Below are positions 25,501 to 37,500 of a stretch of 61,710 nt of DNA, piece by piece. Each line of letters opens with the position of its first letter. The first letter of the stretch is position 1. The notes beneath the pieces are model-generated. The model saw only the letters and a list, made by a program, of their open reading frames with translations, had not been told where the DNA came from and did no database searches. The DNA is from Aplysia californica (Eukaryota): contig NW_004797581.1 of NCBI RefSeq assembly GCF_000002075.1, forward strand, positions 360,685 through 422,394. The letters run 5' to 3'. The position numbers and the translations under genes were made by a program.

Positions 25501-28500
25501 GGGTAAAGACACCTACTTTAGTTCTAATGAAGGTTTTTGCTGTGTTACAAAATTCACACGATTTGTAATAGTGATCACCCCCTACCCCCCCCCCCCCCCC
25601 TCTTCCCAACCAGGCCAAAGTGAGAGCAGCAGAAGTGACTGAGAAGTCCATCGATGAGACTCGCAGTCAGTACATCCCTGTGGCTCTCAACTCGCAGATT
25701 CTTTTCTTCTGCATGGCAGATATGGCCAAAATAGACCCCATGTACCAGTACTCTCTTGAGTGGTTCATCAAGATTTTCCTCTTGTCCATTTCTCAGGCGG
25801 AAAGAGCAGGTACTTTTTTTTTATGTTAACGAGACTGTAAATGCTTATTCCATCATAGACACAACTTAGATAATTGAGTGGGTGGGCTGCTTCGACTATG
25901 TTAGGGTCAACGCCGGCTGAAATGGGATTCATATTCTAGCAGAACAATGGCGATCATTACTAGAATAAATTTTTCCCCATAAAGGAATCGGCTCAATTGT
26001 AGATCTTCAGCACTCTGCTACATTATGGGTTGCATGTGTTTGCACTTTCCACTCTGGAAAGGTTAGTTATAAGACTGGAAACATTAGATTTCAGTGTCTC
26101 CAAAAGAATGAAAAGCTAAACAAAACTTTCCAAACAATCTAGTTTAAGCTTCTTCCCATTGAAATTCACTTACACCACAGTCCACTTAGTTTAGTGGGAC
26201 TTCCCTCTTGTGGTTTATGCTCAGCTGAATTACATGTGTCACGATGCAGTGGAATTAGGCGATAATCAATTTTTGGGCATGTGGAGTTATTGGTACCATA
26301 CTGGTTTGTTACGTCACGGATAATGATGCATAAATCTTCTCTTATAACCCTTGTACTCATAATTTTTTTAAAGCTAGTAAGATGATGTGCAGGCAGTAGT
26401 TTAAGACCTGCTCTGCCTTTGCAGTTATTTACTAGTAAAAGCAATAAATAATTTTTCTGATATTCTATTTTGCAGAAAGTTTGCCAGAGAGAGTTGACAA
26501 CATCAATGTTTGTTTTACGTACAGCCTGTTTGTGAACGTATGTCGGAGTCTGTTTGAGAAGCACAAGCTGCTTTTCGGTCTGCTTATGTGTGTACGCATT
26601 GAAATGCAGAAAGGATTGCTAAACATGGTAATGGCTTTCTTAAACTCTATTTTCTAATGCTTTTTCTGCAGACTGATTTCTTCTTGACGTATTGGCTTTA
26701 TTTAATGCCTCTAGCCTTTGATTTTCCGTTTCAAAATATCTATATATGCAGGTTATTTACCCCAGTTACCCTGACACAAAGTAATTCATAGCATTGCTAT
26801 TTTCTGTGAATTTCTATTTGCTTTCCATGACCTTACCGGCTGATAAGTGGCAAATGAATTGTGGAATAAGAGATAACTTTAAAACTTTTTCCGTCAGAAG
26901 TATGGTTTGTAAGTCTATAACTTTACTAGGGGCTGAGTTATTCATATTAGAGTAATGCATATCTCATACAATCAAAAAGTGGGTAGCAGCTTCGTTCATG
27001 AAGAAGGGAAAGTCAACTTTGAGGCTTGTCCCATAGCGGCAATTTCTACAGGTAGATGGGGCAGGCCTCCTTTTTCCTTCCCCCGGCTATTGTTATTGTC
27101 CGCGTGTACTGCTTATTCCAAGCATCAAATCACCTTTATTCTATTGACATTTTTCTTTGACTCTAACAACAAACAAATTATTCCTGGATAACATGGCCTC
27201 CCCAGGAAGAGTGGCACTGGCTGATAGCAGGGGGTGCAGATATCCCGTATACTGTTCAAAATCCTGCTTCATCATGGCTGTCTGAGAGAGCGTGGAATGA
27301 TATTCTCACCCTGCCAGCGCTGCCAAAGTTTGCTGACTTTGCCAAAGACTTCAAGAATCACCTTAAAAGCTACAAAGACTTCTTTGACAGTATTGATCCA
27401 CAGGAGTAAGTTGAGTGTGCAAGTTATGTAGCTTTTAACCCCTTACTAAATGAAGAATAAATTGTTTTGAAGGTGTAGCTCTTTACCCCACACTGGAACT
27501 GCAGGATTAAATCTATTATTCGAGAAAGGTCACATAAAAATCAAGCCCTTCTGAGATTTGAGTTCTGTATGCAGTTTTAATTAATGGTGCCACAGTTTCA
27601 GGCTTGCTGCATTTAACTTTGACAATAGCTCATTATTTCTCATTGAAATGGTCTTTACGACTTATTTAGAAAAAAACGTGAAAATACTATACTATTGTCA
27701 AACATTAACAATTAATGAGAGGCTGTGCTACTTTTGTGCTAAAAATATATATCTCAAAGAGTCTTGGTTACATTTTCCTTTCCCTGATGTTCTCTGAATA
27801 ATGCAAATGGTTGGGTGGTGCTACCATGGGGTCATGATTACTTCTTTTCTTTCCCTTGTTTTGCCTTTCATTATAATTTGTACCCCACATAATGATCGTT
27901 TTAGAAGAGCAAACCCTTTTTATTTCAGCCTGAATGAAAAATTCGCTCAGAATAAAGTTGGGGCACTGTTTGATTCTTTGAAAAAATTACAGATTTGTGT
28001 TCATACCTCCAGCATGCCCTTGCCTGGCAAATGGGGAGAGGAGCTGGATGACTTCCAAGCCATCCTGGTGTTGAAGGCTCTGCGTCCTGACAAAGTTACC
28101 AACGCCATGCAAAAGTTTGTGGCCAGCAAAATGGGGCAGAAGTTCATCGAGCCTCAGACGAGTGATCTGGCCATGGTGTTCAAAGATTCCAATGTGTCAT
28201 CGCCACTGGTCTTTGTCCTGTCTACGGGCACAGATCCTGCCAAGTCCCTCAATGAGTTTGCAGAGACTATGAAATTTTCCAAGAGATTGCATTCAATATC
28301 TCTTGGCCAAGGCCAGGTGAGATAACTGCAATGATTTCTTTGGCTTAATATATTTTGCTTTATTTTCTGATCTTATCTTTAATGTCTCTCATTTATATAA
28401 AAAATTTACATAGTGACAATGATACCAGTAAAATGACTTTAGGCATTCTTTTTTAGAACGGAGGTCATGTATAAAGTAAGAAGATAAGTAAAACTTGTGA

Positions 28501-31500
28501 TAAAATTGTTCGTTTCTGGAAAAGAAATTGTTATTTAAATATATGGAATAATAGGTAGTTCCAATTTAGCAGCAGTGCATTAAAAAGAAGAGATGGTGTG
28601 TAACTAAATTGTTAGCGATCATAATGGACAACTGTGGAAGGGGGCTGCCGTTCCAGTGATTTCCCATGGTATAGTCTTGTGTAAATGCCAGCTCATTAGT
28701 AAGATGCTCTTCATCTGTATGAAACTTCCATGTGTTCAGGGTCCACGTGCGGAGTTTCTGATGAAAGCGGCCATGGAAAGTGGAGGCTGGGTCTTCTTCC
28801 AGAACTGTCACCTGGCACCCAGCTGGATGCCCACGCTGGAGCGGCTGGTGGAGCAGATCAACCCAGACATGGTGATGATAAGCATGGGTTTCGTTGCTCA
28901 CTGATAGTTGGCATTGGTTACAATCTTGAACCACACATATACAAGTTTGTGGGTTGAATTTGTTTGTGGTGAGAATCTTTTTTTTTTTTTTTTTGTCGTT
29001 CTTGGAATATTCCTCGTAGCCGTGGAAGACCTTGAAGATCTGCTTTTGAAGTTGCCTTTTGCCTTTACTGTATCTATTACGGTTTCGAAAAAAAAAGAAT
29101 ATAGCTTCAGAGTTAGAAACTTGTCCAGAATCATTGAGGATTTTAAAATTGTGAGACATCGTGGTGAAATGAGACACTCGTCAAAATAATAAAAACAAAG
29201 AAACCAGCATTTTCAGGCAGTTGGGACGTTTTTTTTTCTAAATTGTTTCTTTTTTTCGCTTAGCGTCTTTTATGTTCATTTAAAAACAAATTCTTTTGCA
29301 GATTTTAATGAAAAACTTTAAAAGACATAAAAAATGCCAATTTATTTTCAGTTTCCATGGACACTACACCTTTTGGAAGTCACCAAACTTTGGCAGCCGT
29401 TTTCTGAGCTTATTTTACCTCTGACACCAAGCGACCACACCTCCTTCAATCTATGATATCTCAACTTTTATTCAAGCTTGATAACAAATTTTTTGCCAAA
29501 AGCAAGGACAATTAACAAAAATTAGGATTATACCAATAACTTCATGTATCCCCAAAACTTGATGACTGCATGATTCCATCAAATGGTGACACAAATGTTT
29601 TGATTTCTGTAAGGTTATGTTTCTTGCATAGCTGGCAAGTTATGGCTGTCTGTCTGGTCTGTTTATTTTCATATTACAGTAGATTATGTTTCTGAAATAG
29701 TGCAAGGTCTTGTTTAGTATCTACATTGATACAAGCTTGTATAATAACCTAATTTGATTTTTTAAGACATAAAGTCTTTCTGAGATTGCAGGAAAGGTAT
29801 CTTGTTGTGAAAATTATATACACATAGCATCTAAGGTAACACCCTCAAAAAAAAAGAAAAATGCTCCAAAATAAAAAAGATTATCTTGTATGCAGGAAAG
29901 AGTTGTATGGAATGATGGAATGTACTTTCCTATTCCTCAAACTCTTGAAAAAGTTAAGCTCATTATTTTCTTTCCTTTTGCTTTAGTGTTAATAGGAGTT
30001 TTACAGCTTTTGCTACAAATAAGGCATTTATGTTCCGAACATTTGAGGTATTACAAGAGAGTTACGAACACAAAAAAAGGAGGAGGAGAGATCAGGATGA
30101 TTGATTCTTTTGCAGGAAAGAAGGAGCAAACTATACCAAAGCACCCGCCAACTGCCCGTTTTCTTTTTACTTTATTTGGTCTTTCTGTGATGTCCACTTT
30201 CTTCAGTTCTTTCAAGACAGATGGGATTAACATGATCAGTTTTGTGCCAATAAACAAAATTAATATTTTTGCTCCAACTTCTTGAATTAAAAGGTTGACT
30301 TGAACCTCTTTCAAAAGGGTTTTCACTAGTCTTAGTTTTTATGCTTTGGGTCAGAGAGCACAAAGGCATAGGTTGCTAGTGTAACAACACCAACAATAGC
30401 AATAGCAACAACAACAACAGAACATCAACTAAAGCCTTTTCTATTTTATCCAGGTGAGCAAAGATTTCCGCCTGTGGCTGACCAGCATGCCCAGTGCCTC
30501 TTTCCCTGTGTTCATCCTACAGAACAGCTCCAAGATGACTGTGGAGCCTCCCAAGGGCATAAAGGCCAACTTGCTGAGGTCCTATATGGGTTTCAGTGAC
30601 AAGTTTTTCAAGCAATGTCCTGGAAAGGTAACTTTGTCCTGTGGGTTAAGTTAGCCCTTTCCAGACCAAAAAACATTCTGGTACCCAACATACTTGTTCA
30701 CTTACGGTACTGAAATCAGGGGATGATAGTCTTTATGATATGCGAGTTAAAGGGGAAATTCTTACTACCCATTGAACTTTCCTTGATAATTAATATTTCA
30801 TAATGACTATAAAATCAAGTAATTCTATGAAGTAATTTTCTGATTTTGTAGTTTTGCATTGCAGCAGAAACACACAAAGAGTCATCCACTGAGCTGTTGA
30901 AAGACTAGCGCATGGATTTGCTTGGATTTGTTCAGTTTTCTACTCTTTCTTCTCCTATCTCATACATCTTTGCATGTGTCCACCTATCTTTCTACTTTGT
31001 CCTTTTATCTCTTTTACTGTATGTCTCGATGTTACAATCTCTTTTTTTTTTCTGTCTCTCTCAGCCTTTGCTCTTTCCAACTATTTATGAATGGAGATAT
31101 CAAAATTGACACTTGCTGTCTCTCAGGTGAAGATCTTCAAGCATCTGCTCCTCTCCATTTGTCTGTTCCATGGCGTGGTGCTGGAACGCCGTAAATTTGG
31201 AGCTCTGGGATTCAATATACCGTATGAGTTCACAGATGGTGATCTACGAATCTGTATTGATCAGCTTAGTATGTTCTTGCAGGAGTATAATGACATTCCT
31301 TTCAAGGCAAGATTACTTGGTTGTATGTATATGATGTATGTCGTTTTGTCAATTTGTTATTGATTTCTTTGTTCCCTGCTTCCGTTCTTGTCCTTGCTGA
31401 TTACTGCTTTGTTTATTGATGTTGGTTTTTGTGTTCAGTGCTCATTTTGTCCAGTGAGGGACAGGCATCTTTGGAAATCTTTTATCATTTGAGCTTGAAA

Positions 31501-34500
31501 AAAAAAGTTTACAAGCAGAATATATTCCTGCTGTTATTGCTGAAAAGCATGAATTCTTTTAACCGCTGCTTCCTTTGTTCTTTTGTTGCTTGCCTGTAAT
31601 ACATTTCTTTGGGTTAAATTGATTTGTATAATTGACATACTGAATTTTCTGATGAATTTGCAGCCATTGTACAGTTCTTTCCATTAGTGTAGGATATGTC
31701 TAATGTCTTTTAAAAAATAAGAGTTTTGTTAGCATAAATACTGGCTTATGGATCAGTATAGAATGTATTTTTTCTCGTAGCAAGTATATAAAACTATCCC
31801 TGGGAACAAAGAGAGAAGTCTTTTTCTGTGTTGGTTTGAAATTCAAAAGCAAAGCAAGTGTGAAAAGAATGCAAAATGTTTATGATGTGCTTCAAGAACT
31901 ATCCGTATTGTAATTTTGACCACTACTTCATGGATGCATTTTATTTCTAAGTTTTGCAACTCAGAATTTGTTTCTTAACAGGTGCTGATCTACACAGCTG
32001 GGCATATCAATTATGGAGGCCGTGTAACTGATGACTGGGATCGCAGGTGTCTCATGAACATTCTGACAGACTTTTACTGTATGGAGGCAGTTAGTACCTC
32101 ATTCACATACTCCCCGTCAGGAATCTATAGACAGCTGTCGTCAGATTCTGACTTACAGGTGAGTGAATTTAATCTTTTTATGTTAGGTACATCACTGTGC
32201 TTATTATGCTATAACTGAAAGCAGTTACTTTCTTTGAGTTTGAGGAGTCCTCTTAGCTCATTCTGTTCCTGAAATATTAAGTAGATTTCATTATGTTAAT
32301 GTTCATATTGATGATGAATCAGAGGACCATTCACTGCTATCCACAATTAATTTCATTTTTCTTTTTAAAAAAAACGAGAATGCTAACTTGGTGACAGACT
32401 ATTGCCGAAGTTGTACCAATCATTCTTGCAGATTCTTCATACATCTGTGTCTTTAGCAATATAAAAATGTTATAACCCTGCTGACACTATGAATAGAGTT
32501 CTCTATGCAAAGAATTTTACTAAGAGAGAAGCACTGCAGTTGTTGATCTACGAGAGCCATTCATGGAAGGGGAGCACATCATTGGAAGGCTAGATGTACT
32601 TTTCTCCCTTGACCCAAGATGACAATGGAATTTTACTTGTTTATATTTATAAAGACTTTGTTAAACATTGATATAGTCCAACTTAAAAACCACATCTGAT
32701 TAAAATCACGGTCTTTTCTTTATCGTGATAATTTTTCCCGGTGTTAGTAATGTGCAACAATGTTGATTCACTTTACTCTTTGTCTTTTCACTGTATATAG
32801 TTCCTTTGCACTGTAGTCAGTCTCCGCTGTCAAAAAACAGCGCATCTACCAGTGACCAAATTAGTGTCAGCAGGGTCAAGTTGTTAACTTAACAGAAGAA
32901 AGCAATATTTATAATATGTTGTGATAAAATAATGTCCACATTCTACGTTTTTTCATTATCCGTCAGACTCACCTCGATTACATCCGAGGCTTGCCGATTA
33001 ACGACACACCGGAGATCTTTGGCTTGCATGACAATGCAAACATCACGTTTGCACAGAATGAGACAGCCCTCATGTTGGGCTGTCTAGTAGCACTCCAACC
33101 AAAGACAGCGTCTGGGGGTGGACTCTCCCGAGAAGAGGTTACTCAATTTAGAAATGCAATGTCTCTCTTTGCAATGTTGAGATTAATATATTGGGTACTG
33201 TTTTTGTTGAAATCTGTTAATCAAACTCAGATTCGTCTGTTTTAAGGTAAAAATAAAACCTGCATGATTTAGGGAGTGTCTTTCTTCAGAATGGTGTAGT
33301 TTTAGATGCAGAGAGGTTCTTTTAGGATTCTATCCCACCACACTTGTATTCTCTTGACTACCTGTTTTTATATATACAAAAAAGATATTACATGGATGCC
33401 TATTTCTGCAATACCCTTTAACTTTTGCTTCTCCGCAAGATTGAATTGTTCGAGTCATACAAATTGGGAACTGTTAGTATAAGACACTAATAAAAATATG
33501 TGTATAATTGTAAATTTTACTGACTTCATTTATGACAAACTCACTCAGCTTAGTCACCCCACAAATGAAACAATGGTAGGCCTGTCTCCACAATAGCCCA
33601 GTTGTTTCACATGTATTACACTTTAGAGGCTGATAATTACCTCACTATCAACACCACTTTCAATTTTCTATTTGTTGTAAGGAGTAGGCCTATATATTAA
33701 TATCTTTTGTCCTGCATGTTTCAAGGGGAAGTAGATAACTTAAAAAGAATGATCAAAGTGCAGTTTTGAAATAACCCCTCATAAACTCATGTGGCTGTAA
33801 GAAAAAGTTGAAGGCTCAATGACTTTAAATTTTTGCATGTAAGTCATAGCTGAGTGAGGGAAAGATGCTCATATTGTCTAGTCACCCCCCCCCCCCCCAA
33901 ACCCCAACAGTGAGTTTTATTCTCCTATTTTTTTCAGGTGATAGAGCATGCTTCCAAAAATATTTTAGAGAAAGTTCCAAATACTGTGGGCCTGGATGTA
34001 GTGATGAAAAAATATCCAGTGCTGTACGAGCAGTCGATGAACACTGTTTTGGCACAGGAGGTCATCAGGTACTTGTGTGTGAGCTAGCTGTTATTCAGCT
34101 GGTGTTTTTAAGTATCCTTTAAAAGCTAAGGTATGTTATTCTGATCAGCTGAATTTCTAGTACACGTGGCACAGGTCTTTTTTATAATGTGGCTTTACTT
34201 TAGTTTTAGAGTTAAGCAAATTAAACTCATTCACTACAATAAAGCTCACTGATTTGCTCTGCATCTTCCTCTTCACCACAAGCCGTATTATTCGTTTTAT
34301 TGTAAGCCTCTAATATTATTATACAGTCCGTGCCGGCTTTAAGCATGCCGGCCTTAAGCACGTTTTGGACTCAAGCACGCTAAACGGCTCTTACCGAATT
34401 TTCGCTATATAAATTACACGCCTATAAGCACGGTAACTTCGGCTTCAAGCACGCTTCATTTACAAGACAGTCAATATTTTCATGATGACCTATCGAAGTT

Positions 34501-37500
34501 CGAACACAGTTTACACCACAGCAGTGGAGTGTGTCAAGAGAAACACAAAGAACGCAAGTGATGGACACACACACTCACACGGGCAGAGAGGAAGGCAGAG
34601 AGAAGCACACAGCCGTGCACGCGGACATAGGATCTAGCCTAGGCCTAGGGCAAAGCTACACACAACCAAAAAAACAAAACAAAGAGAGTCGGGGAGACGA
34701 GAAAGGGAGGCTGGCTGCAATTTCACCTTTGACCCTTGCTATCCATTAATCCTGATGGTGTATCACGCGCGAGGTGGGATGAAGGCGGTGGTACATGTAT
34801 GAGTGGCACAGCGGGCAGTGGTACGCACAGGCAGTGTGTTACAATAGGCCTAGTGTGCTGTATCGTGACTGGCCGTCTAAATTAAGTTTTCATTTCCCAT
34901 TCGACCACAAAACAAAAACAAACAAGCGAACAAAAACTACCATGGCGGGTGTCTAAATAACAGTGCGGGACCGCTATAGGCCTACTTACAAACAAAGGGT
35001 AATAGCACGGGGAATTTTCTACATGAAAATCTCTGGATTATGTCTACTTCGCACTTAAGCACGCTTCGGCTTTAAGCACGTTTAAGCTTTCTCCCGATGA
35101 CCGTGCTTAAAGCCGGCATGAACTGTACCTATTAATTCCTGTCCAGATTTTAAAAATGATATCCATACTTTGATCCACCTATTGTTTTTTTTAAATTCTT
35201 GTTTTAGCTTCCTTTCTTTTGATATATAGGGGCCTACTGTGTTGTACTATTAGGTACCGTAAATGTGCACTAAACAGGTACCTACTGGTAGGAAAAATAT
35301 GTTCAGGTGGGTAGAAAATTGCACAGTCAACGAGTTAACCCTTTGAGCCCTTGCCATTGGTGCACTGGTGATGCATAAAATTGCTTGTGTGCCTAGCCAG
35401 TGGTACAGAGGTGAGCGAGACCTTATCCCCAAAGTGGCCCACCTGAGACAAACGCATACAGAAAACAGCGTTTACTAAAGATGTTATTGATTATTTTGAA
35501 GATCTTTCTGAATTGGCTGCTGGTAATGACAAGGACTACCCGGAGTGGAATATGGAATATGATTCTGATGATCATATGAATGTTAGTTATATATATATAT
35601 CGATCAGGAGCTCAAGCGAGTCGCATGGTAGCCTCAGGAGGTCAGGGCTCAAAGGGTTAAATAAAATCGTGAAGGTTTGTAGCTCTTTGAATGAATGGGT
35701 CACGTGATTCCATTCTTTTCTTGCTTTGCTGACCTTCTCATTTTAATTCTCTGTCCTAGCTCATTGAAGTAATCTAGCATTGTGGTAATGGGGATTAATT
35801 TTATGTAACATTGATGTATCAGTTCTGTGATGTCTGTAATCTAGTGGTTAGGCTATTGAACTCATAATCGTGAAGTTGCATAATTTATTTGTTTTTTAAA
35901 ATTTAGATTGTGTCTAACAGGGTCCTACATCAAGCCAAATTTAAGTATGAGGAAAGCATTCTGCCTTATGGTTTCATGATTTTAATTTTATTCTGCATAA
36001 TTTTCATATTTGCCTCAGGCTGTACAGAGTGTACAAAGTGTTCAAGCAAGCCTATGTTGTCAATTGTTTTATTACACAAAGTTACAAGGCCTGAAAAAGG
36101 GTGTTTTTTACTTTGTTCTCTTTCAACTCATCAGATACAACCGCCTTCTGGTTGTGATGAAGCGATCGCTGAAAGATTTACTGAAGGCGCTGAAAGGTCT
36201 TGTGGTCATGTCCCAGACCCTTGAGGAAATGTCCAACAGTCTATTTATCAATGCTGTGCCAGGCATGTGGGCAGCAAAGGTGAGAATGGTCCATCTCATT
36301 ATTTTATGACAGCAGTTTTTCAGTGAAAAGTAAAACAAAGATATATGAAAAGGATTAATTATTTACTCGTGCAGAGATTTGGCCTTCTGTTTGGTGGGTA
36401 TACAGGGTGTGCGCAACAAATTATTTTTGTCTGAGCGTACGAATGTGCAAATCTGGCAGGTTCGGCACTTTGATAAATGTCAGGAATGCTTTTCACTATA
36501 AAAATAAAGGGTAACAGAGACAGAGGTAGTTTAATGATGAGTCAAAATTGTTTGAGACAGTTCCCCCTTGTTGAGGAGAAAAGTAGTTGTCTTAGACAAA
36601 TGAATTTCTTGAACAGTGTCATTGTATCATAGAAAACATGCAAGAGGGAAAATGAGAAGTGGTAATTTGTACAGGTGATTATCTTGGACAGGTGACCATT
36701 AGGGCAAGTTCGACTGAATTTATTTAATAAAGAACTTAATTATATGAGTAACTCAAAAGACCGGACTAAGAAACGCTTTTTTTTTAAGTGCATACAGGCA
36801 GAGACATGAATGGCGAACCATGATTGCTTTTGTCTGTTTCAGATTTGACACTTACAGAAGAGTCTTTCCATCACATGTCAGCATGTCATTTTGTTTATAA
36901 CAAGTAGAAGTAAGCCAGTGAAAGTGGACAATATTAAGTGACATAGGCATACTGGCAGGCCATGATGTGAAAAAATCAAACCTAAAAGGAGCAGGATGAG
37001 AGATTTTCCGCTACTTAGCTTGTAATTTTTTGTCCCACCTGTAAGTTGTATGTTGAATCTAATTGAACACTAAAAGGAAGATTTTATTAATTAATGTTAA
37101 GTTCTCCTCCTGTTTATGAATAATGATACAGCTGTCCAAAGCAAGCCAAGGTATGCTGTTGGCTCATTTGGATTTTTTATGCAGATGATCCTATAGTTCG
37201 AACCCCTAAGGTGTTCTTGAGCTTTGGTTGTTTGTGAGTTTTTACAGATCCAGTACTTGAACTTATCAGAGATTTTTACATTGAATGGAAGGTCTTGTCA
37301 CTTAGATGGCTGTACCGTATGACTTTTATTTTTAAAAACCTAAAAAAAATTTTTTTTTTAAAGTCTGCTATGAAAGATGGACGTTTGGATAAAACTAAGT
37401 TTTTCCTAATGGAGAAGGTTCTGTACTTGAGCAGTAGATATCTAGATAATCACTTTACTACATGTTGTTTGTCTGAGTTCCTGGCTAACAAATTTCTTTT

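Noticed and set aside
28566-29177. 203-aa minus-strand ORF
   Set aside because: Antisense shadow of exon w22 plus low-complexity intron; no domain
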